NCBI GenBank assembly: GCA_963422645.2
Contig: CAXXVO010000007.1
Location: 352,001-416,000 of the forward strand
Length of the DNA: 64,000 nt
Direction: 5' to 3'
Source: Alphaproteobacteria bacterium
GTDB lineage: Bacteria; Pseudomonadota; Alphaproteobacteria; UBA828
Every line of letters begins with the position of its first letter. The stretch's first letter is position 1. Position numbers and translations under genes: made by a program. Of the stretch, positions 40,126-51,603 are shown piece by piece. A model generated the notes under the pieces. The model was not told the DNA's origin, made no database searches, and saw nothing but the letters and a program-made list of their open reading frames with translations.

Positions 40126-42372
40126 ATGACAGCGGGTTCGTCTACCGTCGCAAGGCGCCGCAGAGCCGCGGCGCGCACGGTCCGCCTTGGGGCCGGCGTG
40201 GCGGTATCGATGCTCTTGCTGGCGCTCCTCGCTCACGTCGCCGGCGAAGCCCGCGCCGCCGTCGAGCTCAGCAGCGCTCTCGCCACGGTTGAGCCCGCCG
40301 ACCTTGTGCCGGGCGCCGACCGCTTCGGCCCGGTCGAGGGCGCCCCGCCCCGCGCACAGGCGCTCGAGGGTACGACCCCCCGTGGCTACGTGTTCCTCAA
40401 CACCGACGTTGCGGGTGCGGTGGGGTATTCGGGCAAGCCCATTCACCTTCTCGTCGGACTCGACACCGAAGGCACGATCACGGGCGTCGTATTGCACAAG
40501 CACCACGAGCCCATCGTCCTGATCGGGATACCGGAGCGCCGTATCAAGAGCTTCATCGCGGGCTACGTCGGGCGCAACGTCCGCGAGTTCCTGGAGGAAC
40601 GGGACGCCGGCGACCAGTCGCTCGACATCATCGCCGGCGCCACGGTCACCATCCTTGTGATCGACGACGCCATCCGCCGGTCGGCACTGCGGATGGCGCG
40701 CGCGCTGGGCCTCGCCGGGCTAGGTGAGGCGTCCGGCACGCCGACCCGGGGCGAGATCGACACCACCCAGGAGGGCGTGGACGACTGGATGACCCTGATC
40801 GGCGACGGCTCGGTGCGCCGGCTCAGCCTCAGCGTCGGCGAGGTGACCGCCGACTTCGCGGCAGCGGGCAAGGAGAAGGCCGCTGCGCGACCCGAGAGCG
40901 ACGACCCGGAAACGCGCTTCATCGACCTCTACGCGGCGGAGGTCAGCGTGCCGGTCATCGGCCGGAGCCTGCTCGGCGACGCCGAATACGGGAACCTCCG
41001 CGCGCGCCTGGAGCCCGGCCAGCATGCTTTGCTGATCGCCGCCAACGGCCTCTATTCGTTCAAGGGCTCGGGCTTCGTACGCGGCGGAATCTTCGATCGC
41101 GTCCAGCTGGTCCAGGGCGATGGCAGCATCCGCTTCCGCGACCGCCAGTACAAGCACCTCGGCGAGGTAGCGGCGGACCTGGCGCAGCCCTTCGCCGAAG
41201 TCGGCCTCTTCGTGGTGCCGGCCGACGCCGAGTTCGATCCGGCTGCGCCCTGGACCCTCCAGCTCCTGGTGCAGCGGGCGATCGGTGCGCTCGACAAGGA
41301 TTTCCTGCTCTACGAGCTCTCCTACACCCTGCCTGCGCGCTATCTGAAGCCGTTGCCCGGCCCCGCGCCGACTTCTGGCGACCCGGCTCTGTCCGAGCCG
41401 GAAGCGGCACCGGAACTCTGGCGGCGGATCTGGGAGGACCGGCTCGTCGACGTGGCAGTGCTCGGCGCGGCCATGATCGCGCTCACCCTGATCTTCTTCT
41501 TCCAGGACTGGTTCGCGCGACGGCCCAAGCTCGCGACCGGCGTGCGGGTGGGCTTCCTGCTCTTCATCGTCGCCTGGCTCGGTGGCTTCGCCCAGGCCCA
41601 GCTCTCGGTGGTCAACATACTGACCTTCGGTAACGCGCTGATTAGCGGGTTCCGCTGGTCTTACTTCCTGATGGACCCGCTGATTTTCCTGCTCTGGTGC
41701 GGCACCGCGATTGCGCTGATTTTTTGGGGCAGGGGCGTGTTCTGCGGCTGGCTCTGTCCCTTCGGTGCGCTGCAGGAGCTGCTCAACAAGGCGGCGCGGC
41801 TCGCACGGGTGCCGCAGTTGACCCTGCCCTGGGGCCTGCATGAGCGGATGTGGCCGGTCAAGTACGTGATCTTCATCGGCATCTTCGGGGTCTCCTTTCA
41901 CGACCTCGCTTTCGCCGAGCGCCTGGCGGAGGTCGAGCCCTTCAAGACCACGGTGATCTTGCACTTCGCCCACGACTGGCCCTTCGTGGCCTGGGCCGGC
42001 GTGCTGCTCGCCATCGGGCTCTTCATCGAGCGCTTCTTCTGCCGCTACATCTGTCCGCTGGGAGCGGCGCTCGCGATCCCCGGCAAGATCAGGATCATGG
42101 AGTGGCTCCGCCGCCACAAGGAATGCGGCGCGCCCTGCCACCGCTGCGCCCAGGAATGCATGGTGCAGGCGATCCATCCGGACGGGCACATCAACCCGAA
42201 CGAGTGCCTCTACTGCCTGCATTGCCAGCAGGTCTATCACGACGAGCACCGTTGCCCGCCGATGATTCAGCGCCGTCTCAGGCGCGAGCGTAGGCGTGCG
42301 CGGGCTTCCACCAACATCACCGTTCCGCCTGCCGCAACGGCAGGCTCAACCGGCACAGCTGCCAATCCCTGA
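40126..42372 (+). CDS. nosR: Nitrous oxide reductase regulatory/electron-transfer protein NosR
   Basis: [21 protein letters not shown] (FMN site), [16 protein letters not shown], ferredoxin Cys clusters. Start codon uncertain. Confidence 0.95.
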   Translation: MTAGSSTVARRRRAAARTVRLGAGVAVSMLLLALLAHVAGEARAAVELSSALATVEPADLVPGADRFGPVEGAPPRAQALEGTTPRGYVFLNTDVAGAVGYSGKPIHLLVGLDTEGTITGVVLHKHHEPIVLIGIPERRIKSFIAGYVGRNVREFLEERDAGDQSLDIIAGATVTILVIDDAIRRSALRMARALGLAGLGEASGTPTRGEIDTTQEGVDDWMTLIGDGSVRRLSLSVGEVTADFAAAGKEKAAARPESDDPETRFIDLYAAEVSVPVIGRSLLGDAEYGNLRARLEPGQHALLIAANGLYSFKGSGFVRGGIFDRVQLVQGDGSIRFRDRQYKHLGEVAADLAQPFAEVGLFVVPADAEFDPAAPWTLQLLVQRAIGALDKDFLLYELSYTLPARYLKPLPGPAPTSGDPALSEPEAAPELWRRIWEDRLVDVAVLGAAMIALTLIFFFQDWFARRPKLATGVRVGFLLFIVAWLGGFAQAQLSVVNILTFGNALISGFRWSYFLMDPLIFLLWCGTAIALIFWGRGVFCGWLCPFGALQELLNKAARLARVPQLTLPWGLHERMWPVKYVIFIGIFGVSFHDLAFAERLAEVEPFKTTVILHFAHDWPFVAWAGVLLAIGLFIERFFCRYICPLGAALAIPGKIRIMEWLRRHKECGAPCHRCAQECMVQAIHPDGHINPNECLYCLHCQQVYHDEHRCPPMIQRRLRRERRRARASTNITVPPAATAGSTGTAANP

Positions 42373-42395
42373 TGCCGAGCAAAGAGGAGAAAGCC

Positions 42396-44327
42396 ATGCC
42401 CAAGAAGCCATCCGATGCACCGGAGAAAACCGGCGTCACCCGCCGCGATCTGATCGGCAGCACGGCGAAGATCGCCACCGTCGGCGGGGTGGTCGCCGCC
42501 GGAGTCGCCGGGGTGACGCCTGCCGACCCGCCGCGCAAGGCGCGGGCTGCGACCGAAGCAGGCTCGGCCCATGTGGGGCCCGGTCAGCTCGACGAATACT
42601 ACGGCTTCTGGTCGAGCGGCCAGGCCGGTGAGGTGCGCGTCTTCGGCGTGCCCTCCATGCGCGAGCTCCTCCGCATCCCGGTGTTCAACCGCTGCAGCGC
42701 CACTGGCTGGGGGGTCACCAACGAGAGCCGCAGGATCATGACCGAGGGGCTCACGGACGAGACCAAGAAGTTCCTCGAATCCCGCGGCGGCATCTACACC
42801 AACGGCGATGCGCACCACCCGCACATGTCGTTCACCGACGGCACCTATGACGGGCGTTACGTCTGGATCAACGACAAGGCGAACACTCGGGTCGCCCGCA
42901 TTCGCTGCGACGTGATGAAGGTCGACAAGATCGTGGAGATCCCCAACGCCAACGACATCCACGGCCTGCGGCCCCAGAAATATCCGCGCACGGGCTACGT
43001 ATTCTGCAACGGCGAGCACGAGATCCCGCTGCCCAACGACGGCTCCGTGCTCAATGACCCGTCGCAGTACATCGCGATCTTCACCGCGCTCGACGGGGAC
43101 ACCATGGAGGTCGCCTGGCAGGTGATCGTCGACGGCAACCTCGACAACGTGGATGCCGACTATCAGGGCAAGTACGCGGTTTCGACCTGCTACAATTCCG
43201 AGATGGGCATGAACCTGGAGGAGATGACCGCCGCAGAGCAGGACTGGGCTGTCGTCTTCAACATCGCCCGCATCGAGCAGGGGGTGAAGGACGGCGACTA
43301 CACCGTCCATCACGGGGTCAAGGTGCTCGACGGCCGCAAGGGCTCGCCCTACACCCGCTACATCCCGATCTCCACCAGCCCCCACGGGGTCAACGCGGCG
43401 CCCGACGGCAACCACATCGTCATCAACGGCAAGCTGTCGCCGACCGTCTCGGTCATCGACGTGCGCCGCCTCGATGACCTCTTCGACGACAAGATCGCGC
43501 CGCGCGACGTGATCGTTGCCGAGCCCCAGCTCGGCCTTGGGCCGCTCCACACCGCCTTCGATGGGCGTGGCAACTGCTTCACCACGCTCTTCCTCGACAG
43601 CCAGGTGTGCAAGTGGAGCATGGATGCCGCCATCCGCCAGTACAACGGCGAGGAGGTGGACCCGATCATCGAGAAGATCGACGTTCACTACCAGCCCGGG
43701 CACAACCACACCTCCATGGGCGAGACCAAGGAGGCCGACGGCAAGTGGCTGGTTTCGCTCAACAAGTTCTCGAAGGACCGGTTCATCAACGTGGGCCCGC
43801 TCAAGCCCGAATGCGAGCAGCTCATCGACATCTCGGGCGACAAGATGCAGCTGGTCCATGACGGCCCCGCCTTCTCTGAGCCCCACGACTGCATCATCGT
43901 TCATCGCTCCAAGGTGAACCCGGAGCAGATCTGGGACCGTGAAGACCCGACCTGGGAAGAGGCGCGCCAGCAGGCGGCGAAGGATGGCGTCGATCTCGAC
44001 TGGGGCGAGGACGTGATCCGCGACGGCAACAAGGTGCGGGTCTACATGTACTCGATCGCGCCCGCCTTCAGCCTCGAATCCTTCGAGGTGAACGAGGGCG
44101 ACGAGGTCACCGTCTACATCACCAACCAGGACGATGTTGACGACCTCAGCCATGGCTGGACCCTCTCCAACTACGGAGTGGCCATGGAGGTGGCGCCTCA
44201 GGCGACAGCGTCGGTGACCTTCACCGCCGACCGGCCCGGCGTCCACTGGTTCTATTGCCAGTGGTTCTGCCATGCGCTGCACATGGAGATGCGCGGGCGC
44301 TTGTTCGTGAAGCCGAAGACCGCCTGA
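42396..44327 (+). CDS. nosZ: TAT-dependent nitrous oxide reductase, clade I
   Basis: TRRDL Tat signal, DAHHPH, PHG, LGPLHT, VHYQPGH, EPHD, CuA motif [12 protein letters not shown]. Confidence 0.98.
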   Translation: MPKKPSDAPEKTGVTRRDLIGSTAKIATVGGVVAAGVAGVTPADPPRKARAATEAGSAHVGPGQLDEYYGFWSSGQAGEVRVFGVPSMRELLRIPVFNRCSATGWGVTNESRRIMTEGLTDETKKFLESRGGIYTNGDAHHPHMSFTDGTYDGRYVWINDKANTRVARIRCDVMKVDKIVEIPNANDIHGLRPQKYPRTGYVFCNGEHEIPLPNDGSVLNDPSQYIAIFTALDGDTMEVAWQVIVDGNLDNVDADYQGKYAVSTCYNSEMGMNLEEMTAAEQDWAVVFNIARIEQGVKDGDYTVHHGVKVLDGRKGSPYTRYIPISTSPHGVNAAPDGNHIVINGKLSPTVSVIDVRRLDDLFDDKIAPRDVIVAEPQLGLGPLHTAFDGRGNCFTTLFLDSQVCKWSMDAAIRQYNGEEVDPIIEKIDVHYQPGHNHTSMGETKEADGKWLVSLNKFSKDRFINVGPLKPECEQLIDISGDKMQLVHDGPAFSEPHDCIIVHRSKVNPEQIWDREDPTWEEARQQAAKDGVDLDWGEDVIRDGNKVRVYMYSIAPAFSLESFEVNEGDEVTVYITNQDDVDDLSHGWTLSNYGVAMEVAPQATASVTFTADRPGVHWFYCQWFCHALHMEMRGRLFVKPKTA

Positions 44328-45594
44328 TGTGCGTGCGGCGCGCGGCGCTCGCCCTCGGCGCGGCGGTGGCATTGTTTGCTACCGCCGCGGGGGAGGCGCG
44401 CGCCGCGCCCGCAGCGGTCATCGAAGTCTCGCCCGGCGAAGGAGCGCTACAGGCCGCACTGGATGGCGCCCCGCCCGGCGTGGTGCTGCGGCTTGCGCCG
44501 GGCCTTTACCCGGGGCCGATCGTCATTGACCGGGCGCTGACGCTGGAGGGAGCGCCCGGCGCCATTCTCGATGGCGGCGGCAAGGGCCGCGTGCTCAGCG
44601 TTGCCGCGCCCGGCGTGACGGTGCGCGGGCTCACGGTCCGCAACTCCGGCACGAGCCTCGCCGAAACCGACGCCGGCATCTTCCTCGACAAGCCGGCCAA
44701 GGGTGCGCTGATCGAGGGCAACCGGGTCGAGAACAACCTCTTCGGCATCTACCTGCACGGCGCCCGCAACGCGCTCGTGCGCGGCAACGAGATCATCGGC
44801 AACCGCGACTTGCGGATGAGCGAGCGCGGCAACGGCATCCATCTGTGGGCGGCCAAGGGCTCGGTGGTTGAGGGCAACACCGTGCGCTACGGCCGCGACG
44901 GCATCTTCGTCACCACCAGCCGCAAGAACGCGTTCCGCAACAACAGCTTCCGCGATCTCCGCTTCGCCATTCACTACATGTACACCCACGACAGCGAGGT
45001 GAGCGGCAACATCTCCCGCGACAACCACGTGGGTTTCGCGCTGATGTACTCCGATCGGCTGCGCGTGTTCGACAACCGCTCCACCGGCGACCGCGACCAT
45101 GGCTTCCTGTTCAACTTCACCAACAAGTCGCGCATTGAGCGCAATCTCGTGCGCGCGGGCCGCACCAAGTGCGTGTTTCTCTACAATGCGAACCGCAACG
45201 TGCTCAGCGGCAATCTCTTCGAGGGCTGCGCCATCGGCATCCACTTCACCGCAGGCTCCGAGGGCAATCGCATCGCGGGCAACGGCTTCGTCGGCAACGC
45301 GACGCAGGTGAAGTACGTCGGCACGCGCCATGTCGAGTGGTCCGATGAGGGCGTCGGCAACTACTGGAGCGACAATCCCGCCCTCGATCTCGACGGCGAC
45401 GGCATCGGCGACGTGCCCTACAGGCCCAACGACCTGGTCGATCAGGTGGTCTGGCGCCACCCGCTGGCCAAGCTGCTGCTCACCAGCCCGTCGGTGCGCA
45501 TCCTGCGCTGGGCTCACGACCGCTTCCCCTCCATCTATCCAGGCGGCGTGATCGATTCTGCCCCGCTCATGCGCCCGCCAGCGCTCGGAGCCGG

Positions 45595-45598
<4 letters not shown>
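44327..45598 (+). CDS. nosD: Nitrous oxide reductase maturation protein NosD
   Basis: RGNGIHLW, RDGIF, LRFAIHYMY, GNYWSD, GGVIDSAPLM. Confidence 0.95.
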
Positions 45599-46529
<931 letters not shown>

Positions 46530-46533
<4 letters not shown>

Positions 46534-47357
46534 CCGCGGTCGCTGCCATCGCCGGGCACGAGGTCCTGGCCGGCATCCGCAACCGGTGGATGCTCGCCGC
46601 CTCCCTGCTGCTCGGCGTGCTGGCGCTGACTTTGGCGTTCATCGGCAGCACGCCGGCCGGGCCGGTCGCCGCCTCGCCGCTCGCGATTACTGTGGTGAGC
46701 CTCTCGAGCCTTTCGGTCTTCCTGATCCCGCTCATCGGGCTTCTGGTGAGCTACGACACGCTCGTTGGCGAGATAGAGCGGGGCACGATGCCGCTGCTGA
46801 TGACCTACCCGGTCACCCGCTGGCGCATCGTGCTCGGCAAGTTCGCCGGCCAGGTGGCGATCCTCGCCGTCGCCACGGTGATCGGCTTCGGTGTGGCCGC
46901 ACTGATCACTGGCCTCGGCGATGGCGGCGATGCCGAGGCCTGGGGCGCCTTCGGGGTGATGGTCGGCGGCTCGATCCTGCTCGGTGCCGCCTTCATCGCG
47001 CTCGGCACGCTCTTCAGCGCCGTGGTGGCGGAGCGCGGCACGGCGGCCGGGGTCTCTGCGGCAGCGTGGCTGATCTTCGTCGTGCTCTTCGACATGGCGC
47101 TGCTCGCCATCCTCGTCGCGGACGAAGGGCAGGTGGTCTCGGGCGAGCTCTTCCGCGTGCTCCTGCTGCTCAACCCGACCGACGTCTACCGCATGCTGAC
47201 GCTCGCGGGCTCGGAGACCGTGGGCGCGCTCTCCGGCATGGCAGGCGTGAGCGCCGAGGCCGCCTTCGGTCACGCGATCCTCTTCCCGGTCATGGTGCTC
47301 TGGATCGCGGTGCCGCTCGGCCTCGCGGGCCTCCTGTTCGGGAGGAGGGAGCTGTGA
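46530..47357 (+). CDS. nosY: ABC permease NosY
   Basis: RNRW, VSLSSL, GEIERGT, LLNPTDVYR. Confidence 0.92.
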
Positions 47358-47902
47358 GACGCGCGCTTGCCCTGGTGGCGATCGGCCTGCTCGCGCTCTC
47401 GGGCGTCGCCGGTTGCGGCGAGGATGACGATGTCGTGGCGAAGCCGCCGCCCGTGGAGCCCACACGCGAGGCCTCCGGCCACTACTGCGGCATGATCCTG
47501 GTGGATCACAGCGGGCCCAAGGCGCAGGTTCACCTGCCCGGTGCGCCCGAGCCGGTGTGGTTCTCCTCGGTGCGCGATGCCATCGCCTTCACCATGCTGT
47601 CGGAGGAGCCGCGCAACTACAGCGCGATCTACGTCAACGACATGGGCGTGGCGCAGTGGGAGGCGCCCGAGCCCGGCACCTGGATCGATGCGGCGGGCGC
47701 CTCCTACGTGATCGGGAGCGACCGGATGGGTGGCATGGGCGTGCCCGAGGCGGTGCCCTTCGCCACGCGCGAAGCGGCCGAGCGTTTTGTGGCGGAGCAC
47801 GGCGGGCGCGTCGTCGCGCTCACGGACGTGCCGGAGAGCTACATCCTCGCCTACGCCGACGAGGACGACACCGCGGCGCCGGCGCAGGGAGAGACCGAAT
47901 GA
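47354..47902 (+). CDS. nosL: Copper chaperone lipoprotein NosL
   Basis: Lipobox VAGC, GHYCGM, GPKAQ, WFSSVRD, GGMG.PEAVPF. Confidence 0.93.
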   Translation: MRRALALVAIGLLALSGVAGCGEDDDVVAKPPPVEPTREASGHYCGMILVDHSGPKAQVHLPGAPEPVWFSSVRDAIAFTMLSEEPRNYSAIYVNDMGVAQWEAPEPGTWIDAAGASYVIGSDRMGGMGVPEAVPFATREAAERFVAEHGGRVVALTDVPESYILAYADEDDTAAPAQGETE

Positions 47903-48897
47903 CCCGGTGGTCCGGTGCCGCGCCCACCCGGCGGCGCTTCGTCGCCATCGCGGCGGCCGCCGCCGGCCTGCCCTTCGCGGCGCTCCGGGCGGGTGCGGAG
48001 ACGACGCATCTGCACCGCTGGTCCGGCATTGCGCTGGGGGCCGCGGCCGAGATCGTCCTCTACGACCCCGACGCCGCTCGCGCGCGCCGGCTGATCGCGC
48101 GCTGCGTCCAAGAGATCGACCGGCTGGAGGACGTGTTCAGTCTCTACCGGCCCGAGAGCGCAATCCACCGGCTCAACCGGGACGGCAATCTCACGGCGCC
48201 GCCTCTCGAACTCGTCGTGCTGCTGGCCGAGGCCCGCTCGTTTTCGGAACGGACGGAGGGCGCCTTCGATGTCACCGTGCAGCCGCTTTGGCGCCTCTAT
48301 GCCGCGCACTTCGCGCATCCCGCCGCGGACCCGCGCGGGCCGGCAGAGGCCGAGCACGCCAGGGCACAAGCGCTGGTGGACTACCGCGCCGTCGAAATCG
48401 AGCCGGCGGCGATCCGATTTTCCCGGCCGAGGATGGCGATCACCCTCAACGGCATCGCCCAGGGCTACATCACCGACAGGGTCGCGACTCTGCTGCACGA
48501 CGCCGGCATGGGCGACGTTCTCCTCGACATCGGAGAAGTCCGGGCGCTCGGCCGCCATCCCGACGGGCGGCCATGGCATGTGGGCATCCGCCGCGCAGCC
48601 GAGCCCGAGACGGTCGCGCGCACCGTCACGCTGGTTGATCGCGCCGTTGCCACTTCGGCCGGCATTGCGAGCGTCTTCGAGCCGAGCGGGCGCCACCACC
48701 ACCTGTTCGACCCCGCGACCGGTAGGCCCGCGCAGGCGATAGGACAGGTCTCGGTGATCGCACCCCGCGCCACCATGGCCGACGCGCTCTCCACCGCGCT
48801 CGCCGTCTCCTCGCCTGAGCGCGCCGGCGCGTATACCGCCCGCTTTCCCGAAATCGAGGTGGTGACCGACGGTCCTCAACCTGCAGCGAGGAGGTAG
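47899..48897 (+). CDS. nosX: FAD:protein FMN transferase NosX (ApbE family)
   Basis: Tat TRRRF, FDVTVQPLW, LNGIAQGYITD, ATS, HLFDP.TG, ADALST. Confidence 0.92.
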   Translation: MTRWSGAAPTRRRFVAIAAAAAGLPFAALRAGAETTHLHRWSGIALGAAAEIVLYDPDAARARRLIARCVQEIDRLEDVFSLYRPESAIHRLNRDGNLTAPPLELVVLLAEARSFSERTEGAFDVTVQPLWRLYAAHFAHPAADPRGPAEAEHARAQALVDYRAVEIEPAAIRFSRPRMAITLNGIAQGYITDRVATLLHDAGMGDVLLDIGEVRALGRHPDGRPWHVGIRRAAEPETVARTVTLVDRAVATSAGIASVFEPSGRHHHLFDPATGRPAQAIGQVSVIAPRATMADALSTALAVSSPERAGAYTARFPEIEVVTDGPQPAARR

Positions 48898-49640
48898 ACG
48901 CCGGCGGCGACCATCGCGACGCCGCCCGCGCGCGCGACCCACTCGCCCTTGGGCATGAGCTTCTCGGCGACGACGAAGACCGTGATCGCCGCCACCCAGG
49001 CGAGATTCATCACGCCTCCGACGAAGAGCAGCCCCATCACGAAGCCGCAGCAGCCGAGGCAGAAGGCGCCGTGGCCGAGCCCCATGCGGAAGGCGCCCGA
49101 CCGGCCCGGCCGCCAGTGCCCCATGATGAAGGCCATGGGCGAGCGGCAATGCTTGAGGCAGGCGTACTTGAGCGGCGTCCACTGATAGACGCCGGCGACG
49201 ATGAACAGCACGCCGCCGAGGATCGTGCTGGTGGCGACCATCATCGGCGAGAGCAGCGCCGCATTCTGCAGGCCCCACTGCATCGCCGTCGCGGCCACGC
49301 TGAATGCCGCCCAGACCAGGATATAGCCGAGCGCGAAGAGCGTGGTCGCGGTGTAAGCGCGGCCTGTGCCCCGCGAGCGGTCCGCGCGGGCGAAGATCAG
49401 GATCATCGGCGCCGCGCTCGGCACCATCATGGCCACCATCATCACCGCCCACATGGCCCACATCAGCAGGCCGTCGTACACGCTCCAGGCCTGCATCTGC
49501 AACATGGCGCCGTCCGCGTGCGCCATGTCGCCGCCCATGTCGAGGGCCATGTCGATGAGGTAGAGCCAGGCGAGCGCGGCGGCGAGCGCGAGGCCGACCA
49601 GGACCACCAGCCGGTCGCGTCGCGCGATCCCCTCGATCAC
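48876..49640 (-). CDS. DUF2182 Met-rich predicted metal-binding membrane protein
   Basis: MWAVMMVAMMVPSA, YQWTPLK..CL.HCRSP, FCLGCC, GGVMNL, EK. Start approximate. Confidence 0.85.
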   Translation of the reverse strand: MIEGIARRDRLVVLVGLALAAALAWLYLIDMALDMGGDMAHADGAMLQMQAWSVYDGLLMWAMWAVMMVAMMVPSAAPMILIFARADRSRGTGRAYTATTLFALGYILVWAAFSVAATAMQWGLQNAALLSPMMVATSTILGGVLFIVAGVYQWTPLKYACLKHCRSPMAFIMGHWRPGRSGAFRMGLGHGAFCLGCCGFVMGLLFVGGVMNLAWVAAITVFVVAEKLMPKGEWVARAGGVAMVAAGVYLLAAG

Positions 49641-49659
49641 GGTTGTTACCGGAGCGCCT

Positions 49660-50460
49660 TCAGTCGCACTTGGCCGTGAGGCCGCCGTCCACCACCAGAT
49701 CGGCCGCCGTGACGTACGCGGCATCGTCCGAGGCCAGATAGAGCGCCGCGTGGGCCACGTCCCAGCCCGAGCCCATGCGGCCCATGGGCACCTGGGCGTG
49801 GCGATTGGCGACCAGCGCTTCGAGGTCGCCCTCGCCGTATTGGGCGGCGAGTCGGGCCTCCACCAGGGGGGTGTGCATCAGGCCGACGGAGATGGAATTG
49901 CAGCGTACGCCGCGTGCGGCGTACTGCACGCCAACTGCCTTGGTGAACTGTACCAGCCCGGCCTTCGCCGCTGCGTAGGCCGCGTGGTGGTTGCCGATGA
50001 AGCGGAGCCCGGCCACCGAGGAGATGTTGACGATGGCGCCCGCGCCCTGCGCCTCCATGATGGGGAGCACGCAGCGGGTGGTGAGGAAGGCGCTGGTGAG
50101 ATTGAACTCGAGCTGCCCGGCCCAATCTTCCTCGCTGAGCTCGACCGGCCCGCCGGGCACCGAGCCCCCCACGTTGTTGACGAGCACGTGCAGCCCGCCC
50201 CAATGCTCGCAGACCGCGGCCATCACGCGCTCGATCTGAGCGCTGTCGGTCACGTCCGCGGTCTCGACGGCGCAGGCGTTGCCCTCGCTCTCGATGATCT
50301 GCCGCGTCGCCTCGGCGGCCCTCGTGTCGCGGTCGACCGCGACGACGCGCGCACCTTCACGGGCGAAGAGCACGGCGGTAGCGCGGCCGTTGCCCCAGCC
50401 GGGGCCGACCGAGCCAGCACCTGTGATTAGCGCGACCTTGCCGCCGAGACGTCCTGCCAT
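49660..50460 (-). CDS. SDR-family oxidoreductase
   Basis: ITGAGSVGPGWGNG, NNVG, YAAAK, VVDGG. Confidence 0.92.
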   Translation of the reverse strand: MAGRLGGKVALITGAGSVGPGWGNGRATAVLFAREGARVVAVDRDTRAAEATRQIIESEGNACAVETADVTDSAQIERVMAAVCEHWGGLHVLVNNVGGSVPGGPVELSEEDWAGQLEFNLTSAFLTTRCVLPIMEAQGAGAIVNISSVAGLRFIGNHHAAYAAAKAGLVQFTKAVGVQYAARGVRCNSISVGLMHTPLVEARLAAQYGEGDLEALVANRHAQVPMGRMGSGWDVAHAALYLASDDAAYVTAADLVVDGGLTAKCD

Positions 50461-50486
50461 GGCGTCACTCTATCATTCGACCGTTG

Positions 50487-51437
50487 TCAGCGCAGGCGAG
50501 ACGCCCGCTCCTCCATGAAGGCCCTTACCTCGGCGTGACTCGGCTGGGGTGCAATGGCGCCGACGCCGGTGGCGGTGAGCGCGCCCACCGCATTCGCGTA
50601 CCGTCCTGCCTCGTTGAGCCCTGCCTCGCGGAGCCGGGACAGGACGAACCCGGCGCTGAACGCATCGCCCGCGCCTGTGGCATCGACCGCGTCGATCCTC
50701 CAGGCTGGGATCTGCCAGCGCTCTCCCCTTTCGCTCTTGATCAGGCAACCGTCGGCCCCGAGCTTCGCCACCGCGAACCTCGGTCCCTCGCCCACGACGC
50801 GATCCAGAACGTCCTCCAGCGAGGTCTCGCCGAATAGATGGGCGGAGTCTTCCTCGCTCAGGAACACGACGTCGGCAAGCGCCAGGGCAGCCTCGAAATT
50901 GCGGCGCAGGATCTCACGGGTTCCGAGCGCCGGGCGCACATTGGCATCGTAGCTGACGGTGGTACCGGCCTTTCGCGCAATCTCCATCGCCACCCGCACC
51001 GCCTCCGCTGACGAGCGTGAGATCGCCTGGGAGATGCCGCTCGCGTGGAGGACGCGGGCGCCCGCCACATAGTCCTGATCGATATCCGAGCCTGCGAGAT
51101 GGCTCGCCGCCGAGCCGCGTCGGACATAGTCGAAGCGGTGCTTCCGATCCTCCGAATAGGTGACGAAATAGAGGCCGGTGTGATGTTCCTCGTCGCGTAT
51201 GACGCGGCTTGCGTCGACCCCGTGCGTGCCCAACATCGCGACGAAGGCGGCGCCGAACGCATCCCGCCCCACCCGCGTGACGTAGCCGCACGCGCCTCCC
51301 AGGCGCGCGGCAGCGAGCACGAAATTGGCCGTGTCTCCGCCCCAGCCGTAGCGGAAGCGATCGACATCGCCGAGCCGGCCAGGCGACTCCGCGGCCAACT
51401 CCACAAGCGGCTCTCCGATGGCGACGATGTCGGGCAC
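50487..51437 (-). CDS. PfkB-family sugar kinase (KdgK-like)
   Basis: GGDTAN, YDANVR, DATGAGDAF. Confidence 0.9.
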   Translation of the reverse strand: MPDIVAIGEPLVELAAESPGRLGDVDRFRYGWGGDTANFVLAAARLGGACGYVTRVGRDAFGAAFVAMLGTHGVDASRVIRDEEHHTGLYFVTYSEDRKHRFDYVRRGSAASHLAGSDIDQDYVAGARVLHASGISQAISRSSAEAVRVAMEIARKAGTTVSYDANVRPALGTREILRRNFEAALALADVVFLSEEDSAHLFGETSLEDVLDRVVGEGPRFAVAKLGADGCLIKSERGERWQIPAWRIDAVDATGAGDAFSAGFVLSRLREAGLNEAGRYANAVGALTATGVGAIAPQPSHAEVRAFMEERASRLR

Positions 51438-51603
51438 GGGGCGCCTCCTTGATACGGGTGCGGAATCATGGTGAGCGAAAGGGCCGCCGGGTCAACGGTG
51501 GAAGAAGACGTGGGTCGGCGCAGGCGTATCTGCCGCGGACCGCGCGTGCGTGATAGGGTGCGCGCGCCGCGCGGCGGGCGTCTAGTGCGGGAAGGGACGG
51601 GAC

